DNA of 64,000 bases, from contig JAAPAO010000052.1 of assembly GCA_013115145.1 (NCBI GenBank), positions 1 to 64,000 of the forward strand, in the 5' to 3' direction. The position numbers and the translations under genes were made by a program. This stretch comes from Perkinsus chesapeaki ATCC PRA-425. Lineage: Eukaryota > Protista > Perkinsozoa. The notes under the pieces are model-generated. The model saw only the letters and a program-made list of their open reading frames with translations. It did not search any database and was not told the DNA's origin. Numbering within the stretch: the stretch's first letter is position 1; every line of letters begins with the position of its first letter. Positions 35,795 through 48,877 of this stretch are shown here, one piece after another.

Positions 35795-37486
35795 ATGTCA
35801 GCCGGTTTTGTATCCTGTCTGACATGCTGCTGTTGTTGCTGTTGTTGGTAAGTACTCGAGCTATCTAATCACTTACTGAGCTTTATCTTAGCAGCCCAAC
35901 AAGACATAAGGAGGTGTTACCATGCCGTACCCCAGTCTACACTACAGCAGCCTGTATATTAACATCTAGTACTATCAAACACTTACACAACACCACCCCT
36001 ATATTAACTGCTCTATTATTAGTTGGTTTCATACTAGCCTTCACTGCCCTCTACTTGGGTGATTGGTACACTTGTATTTGGAATAGGATGGATTTGACCA
36101 CCAGCTGGGCAGGTAAGTTGATACCATTACTCTCTACTAACATCTCTAATGTAGGTGAAGTCCTTTTGAGGTTTGGCCTTACTGGTATGAAGCTAAGCCG
36201 TGATGATGGTCCATTTGTACAGTACAAGTCTATGAGCATAGTCGACGCATGTCATCATATGGTCAGCTGCAGCAGCAGCCACACCACTATTATCATCATT
36301 AGTGTATTCTTCTCGTAGGTTGCTACCCAACAAAATGGTGGTGTTGCCAAGTCAGATTGTGAGGCTGCTGATACATTGCTCGTTACCGATGCTGTAACAG
36401 GGACGGTGAGTCCCCCCCACACTCTGTTCCCCTTGTCTATCTTGCTCCTTTGCCAGTGCTTCATCATCTTTACTTCCCTTACGGCCCTATGTACAGCAGC
36501 CACCTTCTTAGTAACCGGCACCTCTCGGTTCGGGTGAGCAGCCTCCTGTACCTGTCTTATCTCAACTACCATTCAGTTACCGTAGGCGGCTGAGCGCCAT
36601 GACCGTCGAACCTAATAGAGCAGATAAAGCCATGGTTCATGTCAAACGATCCACGGCTATAGTTGCAGTCTTTATTGCATTAATCCTTGTAAGCTGCCCC
36701 CCCACAACCATTATAGTGTGTAACCTACCTTTATCAGAGCTCCATTATCTCACTGTTTCCTGCTAAAGTGTTCGGGAAGTATGTCTGCCCAGTAGCAGGG
36801 CATGTAGGATGCTCTGCCCGCCACGTACCTTATGCCGTCCTTTTGTAGGCATTACCCTTTGTAGTAAACACTAGTGCAGCTAACACTTTACCATCTGCTA
36901 CGGGAGAATCCCATCATGCTGGTGCTAGGTGAACCAGAGGCTATCTGTTGCTGTTGTTGTTTGTAATACTATAACCCTTTCAGTGCATATTTGGCCTTAG
37001 TGGCTTGCCTATTCTTCTTGTGTGCATGTGTATTTATACTATCAAGAATGGCTATAGTAGCATGGTGAGCCATGGTGATAATAGTTATTGCTATAGTCTC
37101 ATGAGTAGGTGTATGGAGCTATGTGGTGAGGTGGAGTTTGAAATGGAGTATGAAAGTGAAGATGAAGTGAATGCCTTTGATGACGGCCATAATGGTGGAA
37201 AGGTAAGCTTTAGCTATCCCTAGCTACGATAATGGTCTTATTAGAGTGATCCTTCTAAAGTTGATGGTAATGAAGGTGATGAAGGCCCTGGTGGACGTAG
37301 GGCCAGACTGGAAGGAGTTGTTGTATATGATCCTGTTGGGATGAAGTCACGTAACATCATTACCCACTTCCCCCTATTCTCCACTATATCCTTCTTTTAG
37401 ATAAGGGACGGGTATTTGATAGTGCAGCAGCTGCAGCTACAGCGGTAGATGACATAGTGGTAGACAGTGATACACAATCTGCGTGA
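35795..37486 (+). CDS. Four-TM membrane protein (claudin/PMP22-like topology) with N-terminal Cys8 tract and acidic tail
   Basis: All exons splice in phase: MSAGFVSCLTCCCCCCC|CSPT..., hydrophobic segments ILTALLLVGFILAFTALYL, CFIIFTSLTALCTAATFLV, AIVAVFIALIL and AYLALVACLFFLCACVFIL, ending TQSA*. Confidence 0.65.
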
Positions 37487-37698
37487 TGTTGGTTATTTTA
37501 ATAATACCACACTTACTTTTCATAATCATGCATTCACATGCCTTCTTCCTGGCATGCCCATCTTCTATGATAATGTTATAATTAGGAATATGTAACCCCA
37601 ATAATCTTGTTGTTACCCTATTTAACATGCTCTACCTTGTGTTGCACTAGTTACAAGGGGTTCACCTCTAGACATACCACCAGTAGCACTATACAAGT

Positions 37699-38990
37699 AT
37701 GCTCTTCCAAGCACACTATGGCCTAGCATCCTCTGATGGTATGGGTCAACCGCCTGCCAAGCCTGAAGGGAGCTATCTTTCAAACCACTGTGAGATAAAG
37801 CGGCTACTGGCAGTGACTCACTGCCAGTGAGTTGATACTGGCTTAGGCTCCTGTGCTGTACTTGCTGACTTTATTCGTGAGAGAGCACTAGATGATATTG
37901 AATTTAATATACATAGAAGAAAGGCTGATGAGAGGGTTGAATTAGGAAGGTTACATAGGTTACACGCACAACAGAAGGATATGGTAACAGATGGGGATCC
38001 CGCATATCACTTATAAGTAGCATGAGTCGAGTAGCATGATACTAATATACATAATGAGGACAGGAGTGCAATGTGTGTAGATGGCTCAGCTGGAGAGGCA
38101 GCTCGTGGTACTACGTGAAAGAAGGGAAGCTAAGAAGAATAAAAAGAAGGATACTAAAGGGCATGCCGTGGTGAGAGCTGTAGTTAAGTGGATGCTGCTG
38201 CAGATATGTACGGTAGATAGAGGGTGAAGATAATGGTGATGATGGCCCTACCAAACAGGAGATGGACTGTGAGACATCATTACAGGAATCCAAGGAGCTA
38301 ATTGCACTTATAGCAAAGGAGATTGAATGTCGAGATGAGGTAGGTTATGAATGTGTTTCGCCTGACAGGGGTACCTTAATAAGGTATTTATGTATGCTCC
38401 CCAGGCTGATAGTCGCGGGATGCATTCGACCTTATAGGACTGTGCTTGTTGAGGACTCTAGTGCGTTGGTACAATAGAGAGTTTAGTGAGGAAGGTGTTG
38501 GTGATTATGCAATTCAATGGAGGGGGGATTCCTTATCATCCCTTCACATCCTCTGTGTCTCTATCATTTCTGGTCTAGGTAATAGAGCAGCTAACACAGT
38601 ATGAGGAGAAACTGAAAACAGTTGATACAATAGAGTTAGCTCTTAATGCGCCTCCTGCTGTGGCGACCAAAGGGGGTGCTCAACAACAACAGCAGCCTAC
38701 TACCATTGATCTCTATGCCGATCCCCTTCGAGTAGCTTCCTCTGTGGTAGGCATCATCATGCCACCACATCCGCTATCTTATCAATCAGGTACCAGTCCG
38801 CAGTGAAGTGTCAGTTATTGCCAAGCCTCGTGCCGTCGACGGAGGAGGGGACCAAGGTGTACCCCAAGCCGAGCCGTTCTCATTGGTAGTGCCTCCATGG
38901 TGCAGTGCTGCTACTTGAGTGTTAGATACTACCAACTCATGATGCTGAGCGAGATGAGAAGGTTAGGATAGCTTTAAGGAGCTGTAGATA
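37699..38990 (+). CDS. Multi-exon hypothetical coiled-coil protein
   Basis: Exons such as LADFIRERALDDIEF and IEQLTQYEEKLKTVDTIELAL are flanked by GT-AG. The structure is approximate. Confidence 0.45.
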
Positions 38991-39096
38991 GATAGTTTGT
39001 ATGATCATGTCATCATATAAAGCTTGTTAGTCGATAAGGAATGTCTTGTGTTATCCCTTCTACTATAACAACACATTGTAGAGGTGTCCTGTTGTG

Positions 39097-42000
39097 ATGG
39101 CGTATTATAATCGGTATGGTTCTGATGATAGAAGTGAAGCCGAGACTAGACTACGAGAACGTCTCTTTGAGCCAAGTGCTGGGTCAAGGGGCCTATTAGC
39201 TGGTTGCGAGGAGGACTTTGATAACTTCTTAGACATGTATAAGCATAGGGTAATTGGAGTTCTACTACTAACTCCACTACAGAGCAGCTCTTTATATCAT
39301 CAGATAAAGACGACATCATCATCCGATCGCCATGCAGACCGTAGTAGGACAACATCATCATCAAGTTCGGCTTTTGATAGGAAGTACACCCTCAACTTCT
39401 CTATACCAGTATGAGGCACTATACCGCAATTGCGGTACATATCCTTACTCAGTTGCTACAGAGTACCCGACAACACTCCAATGAGGTGTTCCAAGATGCA
39501 GTACGGTTTTACTGTGATATGAGATTGAAACAGAGTAATCAGAAGTTGAGGAATCTTATGAGCTCCAGAGAGGCATTACCAATAGCCAAGCATCGTGATC
39601 AGATAGTAAGCAGTTTAGAGGATGTTAGTCTATCTTAGATCTCTTAGTCTTCAGTTGGATGCTCTGGAGACAAGCCGTGTCATCCTCATTGCTGGTGATA
39701 CTGGTTGCGGTAAGTCTACCCAAGTCCCTCAGTAGGATACCATTACTCTATCCGCTGTTATCGAGCTCTCCTCCAGATACTTACTAGAGGCTGACCGCGA
39801 CACCTCTATTATATGTAACCTTATTCTTATAAATATATTGTAGATGTTACGAGTGTAGGTACACAACCACGTAGATTAGCAGCAATGTCATTGTGTAGAA
39901 GAGTCCAGACGGAGCAGCTACAGGCCTGGGGTGAGTCTATCATTGACCATTGTTCAATAGCTTCATCTTATATACGGCGATTGCTTGATAAAGCTCATTC
40001 ATCTTAGATAGGTTAGTTCTTTCTGTCAGGTAGCAGAGTCGCCTATCAGATGAGATTTGATAATACCAGGACACGTCACACTAGAATACTATTTGTAACA
40101 CATGTTGACTCGACTCGACACAAGAATTGTCCCTATAGGTTACTGAAGGCTTACTATTAAGGTTGCTAGAGTCCGATGGTGAACTATCTGATTTTAATAT
40201 CCTTCTACTAGATGAAGTAGGCCTCATTCTTCTTCTTCTTCTACTCCCTCCTTTACTTTATCAATGTCCAGGTTCATGAACGGCATGCTCCAATGGATGT
40301 GATACTAACGTATATACCAGAACTGCTAAAGAAGAGGAGTGACTTGAAAATAGTAAGACGATACTTCAGAGATAAGTTGGTTGATGAGCCTTTAGATATT
40401 AATGAGTGCCACCTTCGATACAGAGCACTTCCGAGAGCTCTTCGATCTGCCAGAGTCTGCTGTTATTAGTGTTAGTGGTAGAACATATCCTGTCACTACT
40501 GAGTAAGGATGGGTACGTTTAGTGTTGTTGTTATTGCCGTATTAGGTTTATACAAATGAGAGGTGAGCCCCCACCACAGGCAGCTGCTAACATGCATAGG
40601 CATGTACCTAAGAGAAGGAGAAAAGGGGATGATAGTGAAGAAGGGAAGAATGAGAGTGCACTTGGTGAGCTGGGATAGAAGATAGCAAAATATATCTGAT
40701 GGTATTCTTTAGAGTGCGCACCGTATCTTGCGTTGCTTAAGAAGATACAGACTGAGACGCCAAAGCATCAAGCTGGTGATGCTTTAGTGTTCCTTAGTGG
40801 AGCACAGGAGATTGAATGCCTTTGTAACGCTATAAGAGATGACAATGAAGTATCTCGTACGTGGATACCTGTAACATGGAACATTGCCACACTATTCCCT
40901 ATACGACCCCTTCTCTACAGTTACCGTTACATGCCCAACTCCCTGTAGAGGAACAGGACAAGGCATTTGATATAGCACCTAGAGGTTAGTCGCTTTTGTC
41001 CTAATATCAATCTATCCTTACCTAGGTATGCGTAAATGTGTGATAGCTACCAATGTAGCAGAGACTAGTATTACTATTGATGGTATAAGGTTTGTTATTG
41101 ATAGTGGCAAAGTAAAGGAAATGAGTGTTGAAGCTGGTAGCAGTACCAGACGTTTAGCTGAACAATGGGTATCGAGGGCTAGTGCTGATCAAAGGAAGGG
41201 TAGGGCTGGTAGGACAGGCCCTGGTCAATGCTATAGGATGTAGGAATGTCTCTTTAAGAGTTATGGTATATAATCATGGCAGGTACTCTGAGAAACTATT
41301 CCAACACATGCTAGCCTACACTCTACCTGAAGTAATACCTCCCGCTGCCCCTCCTGTTATATACCATTCTGCAGATAACTCGTAATTTCCACTCACTGGT
41401 CCATAGCTTACTGCAGCTACTAGCATTGGAGGTAGATGTATCAGAGGAAGGCTTTAGGCTACCAACAGGTGGGGGTGGGTAGGTTGTTGAATATAAGGTA
41501 TTTCATTAGATATACCAGAAGAGTCAATAAGGCTAGCAAGGAAGTATCTTTGTTTAGCAAGGGCAGCTACTAAGGATAAGGATTCGGATACTTTACGCTT
41601 GACACCAACAGGAAGGGTGAGGCGCTAACCCTATGAGAGCATGCATATATGAGTTAGCAGGTTTTATCCCGTTTGCCTGTACCTATACCTGTGGGGAATA
41701 TGCTGCTCATGTCCATGGTAAGTACGATCCTTCTGAATGCTTTGGACTACGGTTGTATAGATACTAGGCTCGGCAGCAATGAGCGTGGCCACTATTATAG
41801 CTGCATCACTTAACTTCCACTCACCCTTTCGATACGGTGAGTTTAGTATAGATGACAGTTCAGAGATACTCAGTGAAAGTGGTGATCTCTTCACCTGTTA
41901 TAATGTGTAAACATCTATAGCTATACTGTCATCGCTCTGAATATTTAGTAGGTACACTGCATGGCTTAGACGACGAGTCCAGAGCAGAGATGGAGCTAGA

Positions 42001-45000
42001 AGATGGGCGAGGGAAAGGGGAGTTGATGAATCCAAAATGTAAGGGGTGTCGATGAAGCTGGGATGATATAGCTGTTATAAGGTACGAGATGAGTAAGTCG
42101 GCACAACAACTACAGAATCAGTTAAGGGAGGGAAGGGGAGGCAGAGGGGCTACTACGGGTAGGTTGTACTAATAAGATATAGCTTGATATCGATGATGCA
42201 GATAGACAAAAGAAGATGCAAGTGGATGCAATGGCTTTACTAGAGGGTCGAGGGTCAGATCCTGAGGATGGCTCAACTACTGATCCTACTGTTGACAAAG
42301 ATAAACAGGTGAGCTGTTGGCACCTCCAATTTTTCAATGGTATCTCAGAGGCTACGCTCGGAACTGGCTAAACTTAAGGCACAACAGCTGCATAGAGGTA
42401 GGAAGATCCTTGACGTTGATATGATAACTGGTGGAAGAGAGGAAATAGAAAAGGTAGAGACGTTCCACATGCAGGCTTGGGTGATTGAATTCTCAAATAC
42501 CATCGTTTGAAAGAGGTTGCTACATTATAAAATAAACTTCGCTGATGCAAAATCAGTGATAGTTAGCTTTCAGCCGGCTAGACTTAGACGGCTTCTTAAT
42601 GGCCACGTAACTCAAGCCCAGCCTTGCGAGGTGCTGACCCTCCGCTCTAAGAGGTTTGATCCCGCCAAAGTCGCGATTCACGGTAATGGCATTACTGTGA
42701 TGTCGCTTGTATAACAGTATTACAAGCGCCAGCTACTTCTGAAACGCTTTCCATGTCTCGTATGCATCGATACCAACTCGGCGTGGTACCAGTTTGGTGA
42801 GCTGCCAATGGTAATGACTTGCTATTTGCAAGTCCTAGCAGAGTTAATGCCACATGGCAGAGGACCCCTCCGAGAGGTGTGAAGAAGAAGATACGTGCCA
42901 TCACGTATTTGAATATCCCATTCAAGCAAACCCGTCGATGGAGCGGTACAAATACGTTCATGCGCTTACCGCGACCACCCAGTGATGATCACGGACCCTA
43001 CGTTGAAATACCACCAAGCAGGGGAGGTGGTTGGGGAGAAGGAGAGAAGGGGTCTACCGGCCGATACGGCAGTGGTTATCGATCTAACGAATCGATCGAA
43101 GTCATTCCACGAGATGGTTCCAGTGTGAGCACGTCAATTTGATTGGCTCAATCATCCACTGGACTACCGCGGGTGGTGCTGTCATAACGTTACATGTGAC
43201 TCAGCCACCCACGACCGCTACTGTACCTAAAACATGTGATCACCTGTGAAAATATGATGGGCGAGATATTGACGATCGATCCAGTGTAATGGATCCCCCA
43301 AGTGTGGTTCAGTAAACAGTCTTCGTGATGTGAAAAATACTCGGGACAGTGGCGAGTGTGTTACGGTATGGTAACCGTACAACTGCTTCGGCACACCCTA
43401 AAAATCCTATTGGGAGGTCAAATCTCAACTGACGGGGCTAATACTGATGGTCTTTAGTTCTCTGGTGTACAAGAAGATTCGGATGATGATGTTGATAGCG
43501 ATGATAGCTGCGGAGGAAGAAGAAGGTTTACAGGGCGTCAACCGGTATCATTTAACTTCCCTTCTTAACTTATCCCCAGTCATAGGTTAAGAAGGCTCGC
43601 AAGCTACGGGCATCAGATGTTGGAGATAGAAGCCTCAGGCTAAGACAGCTTGATATAGAGTTTGACCTACGACTGGTTAATGGCTTAGGAGGAGGGGAGA
43701 GGTCAGTCATACCGACTCAGTGTATGTCTTTTTGATAAAACTGAATGCCATGTCAGGTTGTTTACTATGGCTGATAAGCTGCCTTCCTCTAAGTTGCGCC
43801 TCCTCTCCATGTGTATAGGTAAAGCTCTCTATCCTAATATAGCATATCCATCTAAGAGTAACAGAACGGAAGGCACCGCCAAGGACTGTAGGCTATATCC
43901 CTCTGTGTAGTGTTATCTTCGTCTCTGTAGGTCTATTTACCGTACTGGCTGGCAGTCTAGTAGCTGATAGATTTGCATCCATCCACCCTCAAAGTGTCCT
44001 CTATCCCATGGCTAATGATATATCACCTGAGACGGAATGTGTTGGCTTCTCTTCCCTCCTATTAACGTATTCACTCATCATTACCTTACCTGGAGACTTC
44101 CTCTTTGTAGTTACCGTCCCTTCATAGTTCACTGCATTCGCCTGCCGCTTCTATGTACTCTACTATTTGCTGCAGCAGATGTCAATACCAATGCCCATTG
44201 TGATGCCTTAGTCATTGATCAACGCATATATATTACAACAAGGAAGTCTATAGAAAAGTTAATTAGTAAGTGAACACGCGTAGATGTACGAAACACTCCA
44301 TCCCTCCTTCAGGTATAGCTGTAGTTGTACGTAAGTGGCTGGAGGGTCGAACCGACTTGGAGATTGCGGCGCTTTTTGAGGCCTTCGACTGGGGAGATGA
44401 GAAAGAAGAACCCGCTGCTGCCGAAGCTGGCCTCGACAACTCTAGTGCCAGTCAGCGTGTACCTGAGGCTTTGCGGCGAGCTGTTGATGAAGATAGTCGG
44501 AACCCTGGAGAATTGGACGAGCTTGAAGCGCGCATGTTGGACCTGCAAGATATGTCTAGTGATGTCGAGTTTACATGGCAAATCATTAGTGAAGGGGATG
44601 CTGGCGTACTAGCCCCCCCGCCACTCTGTGATGATGGTCGAGGGAGAGGTGTGAGGCTGACACCATGGTTGACATGGGGGAATGTTGATGACACTAATAT
44701 AGATGTCACGTCAGGACAGGTCTCTGACTCATTGAGAGTAACAGTATAATGGACACCTTCTGTCTTACTATCAATCAGGTTAATTGGCGATGTCCGGACT
44801 GTGGGTTTGAGAGTAGGATGAATAGAAAGGAAATCAGCGACCATAAGCGACGAACATGCAGCAGCTGCCTCTCGACTGATGGTCATCGATTCAACATGGC
44901 CTCCGCGTTGGTGAATGGCATGTCAGGTCCATCAGCAAACAAGGCAGACGACACTACTACAGTAGCTGAGTCACGTGATGAGGTTAAGTGTGAAGATTGT

Positions 45001-45069
45001 GGTATAGACCTATCATCATTGGATGCTATAGAAGCTCTTGAACATATGAGGTCCCACGGACGAGCGTAA
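39097..45069 (+). CDS. DHX34: DEAH-box RNA helicase DHX34-like
   Basis: [23 protein letters not shown]|[35 protein letters not shown]34-like flanks: [24 protein letters not shown] and a C-terminal WRCPDCG...H...C zinc motif. Confidence 0.88.
42517..43140 (+). mobile_element. Decayed LTR-retrotransposon integrase-like relic inside a ~1-kb DHX34 intron
   Basis: One frame with few stops: AQPCE...AKVAIHGNG...[10 protein letters not shown]...RRYVPSRI...[15 protein letters not shown] follows rve order (CxxC, vaiD..G, lv.iD.fS, GvP..I, YHPq.NG.vER). Confidence 0.45.
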
Positions 45070-45159
45070 CACTTCGTATCAGTTTGAGGTTCCTTCACTG
45101 TCCTGGTTGTTTGTGTTGTTATCCGCTAGTGTCCAAGGTATATTACATCATTCACTCAA

Positions 45160-46320
45160 ATGTCAATATCATCAACTGAGCTTCACGTGCGTCGACGTGC
45201 CAGACAGAGAGTTGTGGCAGTACTCCTTTGGATGAAGCAATCGTTACACCATGGTGAACGCTCACCATTATTAGATTGCTTGTCTATCTTGTGGGAGTTT
45301 GCCCTACCAGTAGTGGTAGCATATGAGCGTGCACCAGGCATAGACCTTGGCAGTACAACAGCTCGAGTGCTATTTGGTAAACTATCATCTGGTCGATGCC
45401 TTATGTTGAGTGATAAAGTAGGTCAGACAAACAACTACTTACTCACTGAAGTTGACCTTAATAATGGTACTCTATTCACAAGGACAATTCTTAACCCGTT
45501 GAATGGTGCCCGTGTCAGAGAATTCTGTCCTGATACCAATACTGGTAGACTTTATTTTGTCGGTTATCACTCTACTGGATCTGCTATCGATCATCATCCA
45601 GAACGTGTAGGCTACACTAATGAAAGCTGGTACGGAGACACACAAGGAGTTAGTCACTCAAACGATGTCACTATGACTGCAGTGTCAGCTCCTCTTACTG
45701 ACTGCCGATTTGATCATAGCCTATCTTATTGTTGCTGCCAAAGTGGCAATGGCTCACTGGCTGATTTGTATTGTATATCGAGCCCACTCTATCACACTGA
45801 TAAACGCTTCATCACAAGAATACATTTACAACCATCTTCAATGTTTGGTAGATCAGAAAATCTATTAGAGGTCACAGAATCCGTCCGTGAGATGAAGGTT
45901 TCTTCTCTATCGGGTGTGCTCACAATTCTGCTGCTGGCTCGTGGTGATGACCGTGACGGAAGTCCTGTTATATTATCATGGCAACCTGGTGGTGAACTTA
46001 TTAAAGTTGCTGTAATGGATAGCTTCCATGTACGCTTTGACATCGGTGGTCTTTACAATACTAGTATACCGGAGGCATTGCTCCTGCTTGATGGTCACTT
46101 CCCAGGTCGTAAGCTCCGAGCTCTCAACCCAATTACTGGTGAGTGGGTCTATGAGGTTGACGCCCCTAAAGGTTCAGACTTCTCCGCATGGTTTTTCCTT
46201 GATAGTTCAGCCTCTGGATCTGTTGTTGGTGGTAGCCGTATAAGCGTTGGGCTGCTATGGGGTACCGCTAAGCTTAGGAATTCATGCCAGCTATTGTGCT
46301 GGGCTCCCAGGCATCAGTGA
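45160..46320 (+). CDS. Intronless 386-aa lineage-specific protein (possible F-box-like N-terminus, beta-rich body)
   Basis: 1161-bp ORF with ATG; PLLDCLSILWEFALP near the N-terminus. Confidence 0.7.
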   Translation: MSISSTELHVRRRARQRVVAVLLWMKQSLHHGERSPLLDCLSILWEFALPVVVAYERAPGIDLGSTTARVLFGKLSSGRCLMLSDKVGQTNNYLLTEVDLNNGTLFTRTILNPLNGARVREFCPDTNTGRLYFVGYHSTGSAIDHHPERVGYTNESWYGDTQGVSHSNDVTMTAVSAPLTDCRFDHSLSYCCCQSGNGSLADLYCISSPLYHTDKRFITRIHLQPSSMFGRSENLLEVTESVREMKVSSLSGVLTILLLARGDDRDGSPVILSWQPGGELIKVAVMDSFHVRFDIGGLYNTSIPEALLLLDGHFPGRKLRALNPITGEWVYEVDAPKGSDFSAWFFLDSSASGSVVGGSRISVGLLWGTAKLRNSCQLLCWAPRHQ

Positions 46321-46609
46321 GATATCCGCCGCAACTTCAGTCTGCATACTTCATTTCTGATCTTTTTTATAATAATTCATTTATGTCACAAGCAGATCAC
46401 TTCTGCTGATTCTGACCCACTAATCCCTCCGGTCTTCCGTGTCACTACTGCTCCCTACCACTACCGTTACCTCACTATTTTTATCTGCTGTTAGGGCCGC
46501 CCGTGCCGGCTCTGACACTGCGCGTGCTTTCTTGCATGTAGTCCACTGTAAAAGCTGTTGCGTACTCCCCAGTTAAAATGGCTTTACCGTTACTAGTCTG
46601 AATCTCTTA

Positions 46610-48745
46610 ATGGATGCATTCCTTCTCTTATTATTGCCAATCTTCACTCTAATTGCAGCCTGCGTATCGCTACAAGTACTGGTCTACTTCCAGATGCCAG
46701 AAGATGATGGCTTCAAGAATGGCTGGGTTTGCAAAGTATATCACACGCTTTGTACCACAGTATTATGTGCTCATCAGCTCTTCTTCATATTGTCCCTCAC
46801 GTTGTCTGGTGTCGTCACTATGTTGCTGCCGATTGATGTTAAGAATGCGGCGGAGGATGGCGGTAGTTTGCCCACCGTATCAAGAGTACAACTCTTCGCC
46901 GTTGAGCAGGCCTGAACATGAAGGGTGTATGGCCAGTAGCGTTCATCCTTATGATGATATTTGCTTTTATTATAAATCCAGTGGCGATGCTCTTTTATGA
47001 GGTAACTTACTCTCGTACGGTTATTATTATTGATTCTATTAGACTGAAGGCGATCTTGCTATTAAAGCCAGTCAAAGGCTCCGCTCTATGGTCATTCAAG
47101 GCAGTATCTTCACACTTGTCTTGGTAACTATAATTAAGTGTAGACATATACTGAGCTACCTCTCAGATCTCCATTATTGGTATAACATATCTCATGTTCT
47201 CAAAAGCGAGTGTTCCGTGCAGTGTGCTTGCTGTAAATGCCTTGCCAGACTCTTGTGTGGCTGATCCATCGGGGACAACAAGGATTAGAAGTACTTCCCA
47301 GTAGCCAACCAGCAGTCAGTTCGATGTCTGCTCTAGCGGCTTTCCATGTGTACATGATGGCAGCGCTGAGCTTCGTGGGGTGGTTCCTCTTTACAGTTTT
47401 TGGAGGTAAGTACCTCAGTGATTCCCCTCTGAGTAGTGAGTTATCTTTCAAGGATCTGGGCTTGCGGCTATGCCGTACAAGCTTATTATTGCCTATGTAC
47501 AGAGACCTCGGTCAGCGATACGAAATGTGGAGTATAAGTGACATACTCTTATTGTGAGTAGAGCTTATGTCACTCCTCAGCAACCATCGAGATATCCTGG
47601 CTAAAGCAGCTGGGAGACTTCAAGCTAGAGCTGGGGAGTTGAAGAACGAGGAAGCTGGTCTTGAAGGCTACAGTGAAATTGATCGTCAACCTGCTACCTT
47701 TAGTTACAGCTCAGGTGACTTCAGGAGGAAACGCAAGGAGGCATCCCTTAGATTGGAATTCAACAAGTTCAAAGCGGATGTGTACATGCTTGAAGAAGCG
47801 TAAGGCGAAGAAGCCCTTACGTCGTAGTCGGCCTACAGAGCCCAGGTTTCGACACGCGGGCGGCATGATGGATCAAAGCAAGAAAGAAAATAGGCAATGG
47901 CTGCTTGTTGGAAGACTAGCCCTCGGAATTGTGTGTGCTATCATATCATTCTTATGGTTCCTTCATATCATATTGTTTATGCTGGCTAGGAAGTCTGGAA
48001 CCAAGTATGAATATATGATAATAACACCGCATGCAACCGTGACTTGTTCAGCACTCCAGTGGCGCCAATGCTCAATTGGTTTCTCACAGACTTCATCAAC
48101 AACGATTCCTTCTTCATAATAACGTTCCTAATATTTGGTATATTGGTACTCTATTTGCAAGCGGCTACAATAACTGGTATCGACCTTCGAGGACTGCTCT
48201 TATCATGCACCTCATCGGTCAGGTTGCATCACCTTCGGCACGCGGTTATTCTTCATCGTGCCAGTTCACTTCCTTCATCATCGAGATACCCCATTAAACT
48301 CGCTTCTGTTCAATGCGTCACTCATACTCCTCTCCACTGCAGCGACCGTCCACTTCTCTACACTGGCCCTTGCCAACTATGCCCAGTATGCTTGTTACGG
48401 TCTGTTGCTGGCGACACAATCCATCTGTTAGGCAATCGGAGGCTTGGCACACGTTCGGAACTGAGATCCACTATTTGGACTTCTACCGATTCTTCTTCAA
48501 GCATAAGGTGAATTCATCTCTAACCAGACATGTATCCTGCTATCGAGGTGTTCCTCTATATCATGATAATATCAACAATTGCGGGCCTTATAATATTGGG
48601 GATAAACACTCGATTGACAAAGGCGGCATCCCTTTATGTAGACAAAGAGGCAGAAAAGTGAGCTGTTATGCTTTTATTTGAATGGTCTAAACTTTGATTT
48701 AGGCGCATTAGAGAGCTAGCAGCCGCGGCCACCGATGCTAAATGA
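46610..48745 (+). CDS. LMBR1-domain multi-pass membrane protein
   Basis: LVYFQMPEDD, TMLLPIDVKN, NPVAMLFYE, SFVGWFLFTVFG|G, coiled middle region, LGIVCAIISFLWFLHIILFML. Confidence 0.85.
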
Positions 48746-48877
48746 CTCTATTATTGTAAATGATGCATGTATATCATAACAGTTGTCTCAAACTTGATGA
48801 AGTTAGTTTGTTGTTCAGTCACCGTTCGATGCACTAACTCATAACACAAAACATCTTAAACTTAAATGTTGATATCG

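Noticed and set aside
43020-43065. [14 protein letters not shown] resembles dUTPase motif 5 (RGEGGFGSTG)
   Set aside because: No other dUTPase motifs upstream; it lies in a decayed intronic relic better explained by another frame.
44270-45069. Two ORFs that look like a separate zinc-finger gene
   Set aside because: They match the DHX34 C-terminal region and have no ATG of their own; treated as its last exons.
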